A stretch of 64,000 nt of DNA from Candidatus Hecatella orcuttiae (lineage in GTDB: Archaea; Thermoproteota; Bathyarchaeia; Hecatellales; Hecatellaceae), in NCBI GenBank assembly GCA_002011035.2, contig MTLY02000003.1, positions 480,001-544,000 of the forward strand. Direction: 5' to 3'. The notes under the pieces were generated by a model. It was not told the DNA's origin, ran no database searches, and worked only from the letters and a program-made list of their open reading frames with translations. Positions within the stretch are counted from its first letter, which is position 1, and every line of letters starts with the position of its first letter. Shown here one piece after another: positions 58,619 through 64,000 of this stretch. The position numbers and the translations under genes are program-made.

Positions 58619-59347
58619 ATGGCTGAACTCATAAAGACGGGTGTGGAGGGTTTAGACGATGTCCTCGGGGGAGGTCTACCAGATAAGAGCCTAGTCCTCG
58701 TCCTCGGCGAGACTGGCTCTCATTATGATACCTTCGTTCGTCAGATTTTCTACAACCACGTTCTTGAGGGAGGGAAGGTCGCCTATTACATTGTTGAAAC
58801 TTCCAGCTCCGATGTCTTAGAGGATATGTCCGTCTACAATTGGGACCTTACCGAGTTTATGGAGAAAGGATCGTGGGTCTTTGTCAACGCACTCTCTCCA
58901 GACTTACAGGAGCTTTCAGAGCTATCTCCCAGTAAAACCCCTGAAGTTAAGCTTCTCCTGAGTCAGACCTTAACAACACTGAAAAGGGATTTTTTAGCTA
59001 GGGTTAAGGAAGGAAGGTGGACAGCGTTGCATATCTCCCATCTCATCTTACGCTACGACTTCAGAGATGTGATGGATACGGTGCTGTACATGCGGATGGT
59101 GGTCCGTCACCATTCAGGCTTACATTTTATACTGCTGCCTAGGGGGGTTCATGAGGAGCAGAAGATTCAGGCTCTCAAACATTTAGCGGATGGAGTATTC
59201 GAATTCGGTATGCAGGAAAGAGGCAGAGAATATGAAGGAGTGTTTACCATCACTAAGTTGAGGAAAGTTCTCCATAAAACGAAAACTCACTCCTTTATGA
59301 TTTCAAACAGGGGACTCTACATTGAGAGAGCGGAGCGGATAGTCTAG
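58619..59347 (+). CDS. KaiC/FlaH-like protein with degenerate Walker A
   Basis: KTGVEGLDDVLGGGLP, GETGSHYDT (no GKT), LADGVFEF, KLR. Confidence 0.85.
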   Translation: MAELIKTGVEGLDDVLGGGLPDKSLVLVLGETGSHYDTFVRQIFYNHVLEGGKVAYYIVETSSSDVLEDMSVYNWDLTEFMEKGSWVFVNALSPDLQELSELSPSKTPEVKLLLSQTLTTLKRDFLARVKEGRWTALHISHLILRYDFRDVMDTVLYMRMVVRHHSGLHFILLPRGVHEEQKIQALKHLADGVFEFGMQERGREYEGVFTITKLRKVLHKTKTHSFMISNRGLYIERAERIV

Positions 59348-59646
59348 TCCTATTTGACATTGCAAAGATATCTCTTTAATGCGAAGGCGAATTTTTTGAA
59401 GCCCTTTTTTATACATCACAGGAGAAAAAAGCTGACTTACTCGGCGTCGAAAGGACATTTTGATGGAGAAAAGGTTAAGTACTGTGGAAGAGACTTGAGA
59501 ACTCAAAGAAAGGGAATAATCCTTTCCATTCAAATTGAAAACAGCTTTAATCCTTTAGGCGCCCAAGACAAAGAGGCGTCTGTTAAGGTTCCGGCGATGG
59601 GTGGAAACATAGATCCTGGGAGCTGTCTTCAGATGGATGTTCAAGC

Positions 59647-61248
59647 ATGGGTTGGCAACTCTGGTTTTCAAGAGGGGGTTGCTTGGTTGTGAAACTGATA
59701 GGGCGGGGTAAACCGAAGTCTGAAACCGGAAAGACGGGAGCTAAACCGGAGATTCTCACACCAAAACTTCCAGAGAAAATTATAGACATTCATCCTGTGC
59801 TACCCCCGTATGCTCATGTGGCAATTACCCGTGATGAGATGGGACGGCATCGGTATGTTGTCATAGAGCCAGTCCTCAACGAGTCTGAGTCCCGGATCAT
59901 GGAGAGATTGAGAGAAATACTTGTTGAGGAATTGGAAGTTGCCACAGAAGAGCTGGGCAGTCACGAGAGAAGGGAAGCCTTCCTCAAAGAAAAAATTCAA
60001 AGTATTATTAAAAGGTACAAGATTAAACTCAGCCCGGAAGCCGTGGATAAACTCACCTACTATTTAATTCGAGATTTCGTTTATCTCAGCAAGATCGAGC
60101 CTCTCATGCGGGATCACATGATAGAAGACATTTCTTGCGATGGACCCAAGATTCCCATCTACGTATGGCATAGAGAATACGAGTCCATGCCAACCAACGT
60201 GGTCTTTGAGTCGGCTGAAGAGCTTGACAGGTTTGTTGTGAGATTATCCTACTTGGCCGGACGTCATATTTCCGTCGCTCAACCTATTGTTGACGGTTCG
60301 CTGCCGGATGGTAGCAGGCTTAATGCAACCTTCGGCTCGGAGGTTACAAAAAAAGGAAGCAGTTTCACCATCCGCAAGTTCAGAGCAGACCCGTTGACCA
60401 TCACGGATCTCATCGCCTTCAACACCATCTCCGCGGAAATCGGAGCCTATTTCTGGTTTCTAGTCGAGAACAAGGCCTCTATTTTAGTCTCTGGAGGTGT
60501 GGCTTCCGGTAAGACGACGTTCCTCAACTGCCTTGCCATGTTCATCCGACCGGAGCTTAAGATAGTCACCATTGAAGACACAGCGGAGCTTAACATTCCC
60601 CAAGAAAACCTAATTCAGGCTCTTACCCGTTCAGGTTTCGGTCCTGCGGGGGAGACGGCTGAGATCAGCCTCTTCGACCTGTTGAAGAATGCGATGAGGC
60701 AAAGACCCGACTACATCATAGTAGGGGAGATCCGTGGAGAGGAAGCTTACACGCTTTTCCAAGCCGTGACCACCGGCCATGGGGGTTTAAGTAGCATACA
60801 TGGAGATTCCGTTCAATCCGTCATTTACCGTTTAGAATCTGAGCCTATGAAGATTCCGAGGAATTTCATCGCCAGCTTGAATGCTGTAACAATTTTAGGC
60901 AAGGTTCAAGTTGGTGAACGGTCTGTCAGACGTATGTTAAACTGCACTGAGTTGGTGGGCATAGACCCTTCAACCAAGCATCTTCTAACCAACCTAATCT
61001 ACGAGTGGAAACCAGACGATGACTCCTTTGCCTTCGAAGGAAGAAGCAACTTTATCAGTAAAGTCATGGCCGCCAAAAACATGACGGAAGCTGATATTAG
61101 GGAGGATCTGAAAATGAGAACCCAAATCCTCAAATGGATGGTGGCCAGCAACATCAGACGCTATATAGATGTAGCTCAAGTTATCAGGCAGTTCTACGTC
61201 GACCCTCAACGTCTTTATGCAAAAGCCAGATACGGTCTTGAGGCATGA
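59647..61248 (+). CDS. Type IV pilus/archaellum-type assembly ATPase (PilB/ArlI)
   Basis: IEDISCDG, FTIRKF, GGVASGKTT, IEDTAE, RQRPDYIIVGEIRG, TGHGG.SS.H; start may be GTG near 59689. Confidence 0.95.
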   Translation: MGWQLWFSRGGCLVVKLIGRGKPKSETGKTGAKPEILTPKLPEKIIDIHPVLPPYAHVAITRDEMGRHRYVVIEPVLNESESRIMERLREILVEELEVATEELGSHERREAFLKEKIQSIIKRYKIKLSPEAVDKLTYYLIRDFVYLSKIEPLMRDHMIEDISCDGPKIPIYVWHREYESMPTNVVFESAEELDRFVVRLSYLAGRHISVAQPIVDGSLPDGSRLNATFGSEVTKKGSSFTIRKFRADPLTITDLIAFNTISAEIGAYFWFLVENKASILVSGGVASGKTTFLNCLAMFIRPELKIVTIEDTAELNIPQENLIQALTRSGFGPAGETAEISLFDLLKNAMRQRPDYIIVGEIRGEEAYTLFQAVTTGHGGLSSIHGDSVQSVIYRLESEPMKIPRNFIASLNAVTILGKVQVGERSVRRMLNCTELVGIDPSTKHLLTNLIYEWKPDDDSFAFEGRSNFISKVMAAKNMTEADIREDLKMRTQILKWMVASNIRRYIDVAQVIRQFYVDPQRLYAKARYGLEA

Positions 61249-62213
61249 GTCCTTCTAGGAAAGAAGGCAAGTCTGAAAAGGTTAAGCAAGTCAAAGGCAA
61301 AGGTGGAATGTCCGCGGGAGTTTTGGAGAAACCTTGGTATGCTTCTTACGGTTTTTTGGCATCAAAGATCGATCCTCTGCTCCCCCACCTTAAAGGGTTG
61401 AGGAGTAAGTTCATCAAAGCCGGTCTTCCGGTGGATTTCAGGGCCTATGTGAGTTTTCTCATTTTCGCAACCATCATGTCTTTTGCGGTAACCTTGGGGA
61501 TTACTTTGAGCATAAATATTTTCTTCCTTAAAACCCAAATAATCTATTTTCTCGGTGTTTCGTTTCCTTTTCTATCGCTCCCTCTCATAATAGCCGGCTT
61601 CTCGGCGGCGACAACGTTTCTTTCGATCTATCTCTACCCCAGCTTTGTGGTGGGTGTTGAGAAGAGAAAGATTGAGAATTCTCTCCTCTACGCTGTAAGC
61701 TACATGTCCATCTTAGCCACAGCCGGCTTGTCGCCTGAAAGGATCTTTAGAGCTCTCGCAGCCAAACCTGAAATTCGGGGAATCTGCACCCAAGCCAGGT
61801 TGATCATCAGAGACGTAGACATTTTTGGGGTTGATTTTCTTTCAGCTTTGCACAGTGCCATTGAGCGCGCCCCCTCCAAGCTGTACGCGGATGTTCTTGA
61901 AGGGTTTGTAGCCCTCATTTATTCAGGAGGAGATCTGTCTGAGTATCTGAGGACTAGGACGGATGAGCTGACAAAGCGCCAAGCTGACATCATCCGCATG
62001 TTCGTTGGGAGGCTTGGGATGCTGGCCGAGTCCGCTGTAGCTATCATAGCTGTCTTTCCTCTGATATTCATCGTCAGCTTCAGCACAGCTTCCCTTCTCC
62101 CAGGGGGGTTTCTAACTCAGCCGATCTTTGTATACAGTGTGGTTTACTTGATGCTGCCCTTTATCTCTATTCTGTTCTTAGCGATTCTGAGAACGGGAGC
62201 TCCTCAGGTGTAA
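61245..62213 (+). CDS. Type II secretion F-domain platform protein (PilC/TadB-like)
   Basis: KAGL....AY, LYP, G.D..SAL.....APS; multiple TMs; ATGA overlap with the ATPase. Confidence 0.88.
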   Translation: MSPSRKEGKSEKVKQVKGKGGMSAGVLEKPWYASYGFLASKIDPLLPHLKGLRSKFIKAGLPVDFRAYVSFLIFATIMSFAVTLGITLSINIFFLKTQIIYFLGVSFPFLSLPLIIAGFSAATTFLSIYLYPSFVVGVEKRKIENSLLYAVSYMSILATAGLSPERIFRALAAKPEIRGICTQARLIIRDVDIFGVDFLSALHSAIERAPSKLYADVLEGFVALIYSGGDLSEYLRTRTDELTKRQADIIRMFVGRLGMLAESAVAIIAVFPLIFIVSFSTASLLPGGFLTQPIFVYSVVYLMLPFISILFLAILRTGAPQV

Positions 62214-62219
62214 TCTGTC

Positions 62220-63128
62220 GTGATCGAGAAAAGGGATATAAAAATCGGCTGGGCAGTCTCCTGCGGCGTAGGGTTCGCCATAATCTTTCTTGCTTTGCTG
62301 GGCCCCTATTTCTTCGGGCTTCCGGAATTTTTAGGTCTCTTCAAACTGCTGGGAATACCGTATTTTCTTCCGTCATATCTCGGTGTTCTGTGGGTAGATA
62401 AACTCATGGTTATCTCCGTAGTCATAATGATTCTCCCTCCAGGGGTTCTCCACCATCTCCATTGGCGGTGGAAGAAGGCGGTGGACAGAAATGTGCCTAA
62501 CTTTCTCAGGGATATAGCGAACGCTCAATATACAGGGATGACCTTCATTCGAGCTCTGGAATATACGGCGAAAAGAGACTACGGCCCCCTTTCTGAGCAT
62601 CTCAGGTGGGCTTTGGCTAAGATATCTTGGGGCGTACCCTATGAGGAGGCTCTGCAAGCTATGGCTGAGCGTTTGGACACGCCTCTGGTGCGGAGGGCTG
62701 TGATGCTCATCATCGAATCCGGGCGTACCGGGGGAGATATCTTAGAGATCATGGAGTCGATAGCGAAGCACATTCGAAACGTTGAAGACTTGGAGAGGGA
62801 GCGGTTGACCAGCATGAGGCCTAACATCTACATAATCTACCTCGGCTTCGCAGTCATGCTGCTGACCGTGGTGTTAGTTTACACCACTTTCATCCTCCGG
62901 CTGCTCACTGGGGAGCTGGCGGGAAGCATCGGGGCCATACGGGCTCAGGAGTCCCCTCTCACCCCGTTGGAATACCTTAGGATATACTTCCATACAGCAG
63001 TGGTAGTGGCTTTTTTCGGAGGCCTCATGGCCGGGCAGATGGGGGAGGGCGGCTTAACCAACGGGTTGAAGCACTCTGTCATCATGTTGATCGCAACTCT
63101 CCTCACTTTCACTTTCTTCATGGCTTAA
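62220..63128 (+). CDS. Type II secretion F-domain platform protein (TadC-like)
   Basis: PNFLRDIA...GM...AL, YGPL, ISWG.P..EAL, GG, GL.AG.M.EG...GLKH. Confidence 0.9.
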   Translation: MIEKRDIKIGWAVSCGVGFAIIFLALLGPYFFGLPEFLGLFKLLGIPYFLPSYLGVLWVDKLMVISVVIMILPPGVLHHLHWRWKKAVDRNVPNFLRDIANAQYTGMTFIRALEYTAKRDYGPLSEHLRWALAKISWGVPYEEALQAMAERLDTPLVRRAVMLIIESGRTGGDILEIMESIAKHIRNVEDLERERLTSMRPNIYIIYLGFAVMLLTVVLVYTTFILRLLTGELAGSIGAIRAQESPLTPLEYLRIYFHTAVVVAFFGGLMAGQMGEGGLTNGLKHSVIMLIATLLTFTFFMA

Positions 63129-63276
63129 GGCAAGCTTGAAGAATAGTGGGAAGAATTAAACACTCAATAAGCTTTTTCACGTGATCATCCAATAACCGAG
63201 TTCTGAATTTTTAATTCTCTACATAAAAGAGAAACATTAAGGAAGAGAGCTTGTTTTTCAGTATTTGTCTATAAAT

Positions 63277-64000
63277 TTAAACGACATCTACATCGCCGAA
63301 ATCTAGGATTCTGACAAAGAGGGCGCCGTTGGAATCGTATCCTTCTAAATGAACTATCAATCTATAGGTGCCACTAGGGGGATATGACCCCTGATCCCCT
63401 GTTCTGCTTGGAATGGTTGTTGGAGCGCTAAATTTGAGGTAAAGAGAATCTCCGGGAGCTATTATTCTGGAATCTTGATCACTGTTTATGGGTGTAGTGA
63501 GGGTTGGGTCGCTGGTTTCAGCCCAGTCTGTTATAATGCCTGCATATGTTGTATTGTCCTGCGTGCTGCGTAATATAATTCGCGAGAGATGATTCACCAC
63601 AATGGACGCATTGCTAGGATTCGAAATTCTGACTAAAATGGGTTCTCCAGACTCAACATCTATGGACGTTGGAAAGAGCGGATCCGGGATAGGGGTTTGA
63701 AGATGACTATCCCTTGATGAGGAATCGAAATAAATGGTGAGGTCTCTTCCGCTCTGGTAGATGATGGACAGTCTGAGCCTCTCCTGAGTACTCATATTCA
63801 CCTCAGGCTCTGTTGTGGTGTACGTCCAAAGCGTTATAGCCTCTGAACGTGGAAACCCAACCGTAAAATCGTCTATGGTAGTAACGACAGTTGATCCGTT
63901 TTGAGAAACCACTTCGTAGATTATTCTAACCGTCGTAGCCGGCCCGGAACCCGGACGCTTATAGTAAATCGACAGGTTCCAATCGCCGGCCGGAATTGTC
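63277..64000 (-). CDS. C-terminal part of a Ser/Thr-rich extracellular beta-sandwich protein (runs off the window)
   Basis: Frame is open from 63999 through the GTG at 63912 to the stop at 63277; N-x-S/T sequons. Confidence 0.6.
   Translation of the reverse strand, partial: TIPAGDWNLSIYYKRPGSGPATTVRIIYEVVSQNGSTVVTTIDDFTVGFPRSEAITLWTYTTTEPEVNMSTQERLRLSIIYQSGRDLTIYFDSSSRDSHLQTPIPDPLFPTSIDVESGEPILVRISNPSNASIVVNHLSRIILRSTQDNTTYAGIITDWAETSDPTLTTPINSDQDSRIIAPGDSLYLKFSAPTTIPSRTGDQGSYPPSGTYRLIVHLEGYDSNGALFVRILDFGDVDVV

Noticed and set aside
59354-59692. 112-aa ORF between the KaiC-like gene and the pilus ATPase as a pilin
   Set aside because: No class III signal peptide or hydrophobic N-terminal helix; coding status is unsupported

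Overview
An archaeal chromosomal segment. The Cdv/ESCRT-III-Vps4 genes, Nitrososphaeria-type S-layer protein, rpo7-spt4 and eIF5A/DHS point to a TACK lineage, probably Bathyarchaeia-like (inference). It holds housekeeping genes (tRNA modification, RNAP, SRP54, ThrRS, Nob1) and folate/F420 cofactor genes. A ~13 kb envelope/cytoskeleton block contains CetZ, an S-layer protein, stalk proteins sharing a 279-bp duplication, two RHH-V4R-like genes, two ESCRT-III genes and Vps4. An AT-richer region at ~43-58 kb carries a candidate signalling module (pseudo-KaiC-V4R sensor, class I isoprenoid-synthase-fold enzyme, RHH-V4R regulator, KaiC ATPase, HAD phosphatase) and a partly decayed glycosylation cluster, followed by a type IV pilus assembly operon. 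No tRNA, rRNA, CRISPR array or transposase was recognised. All calls come from motif recognition by eye; no database searches were run.
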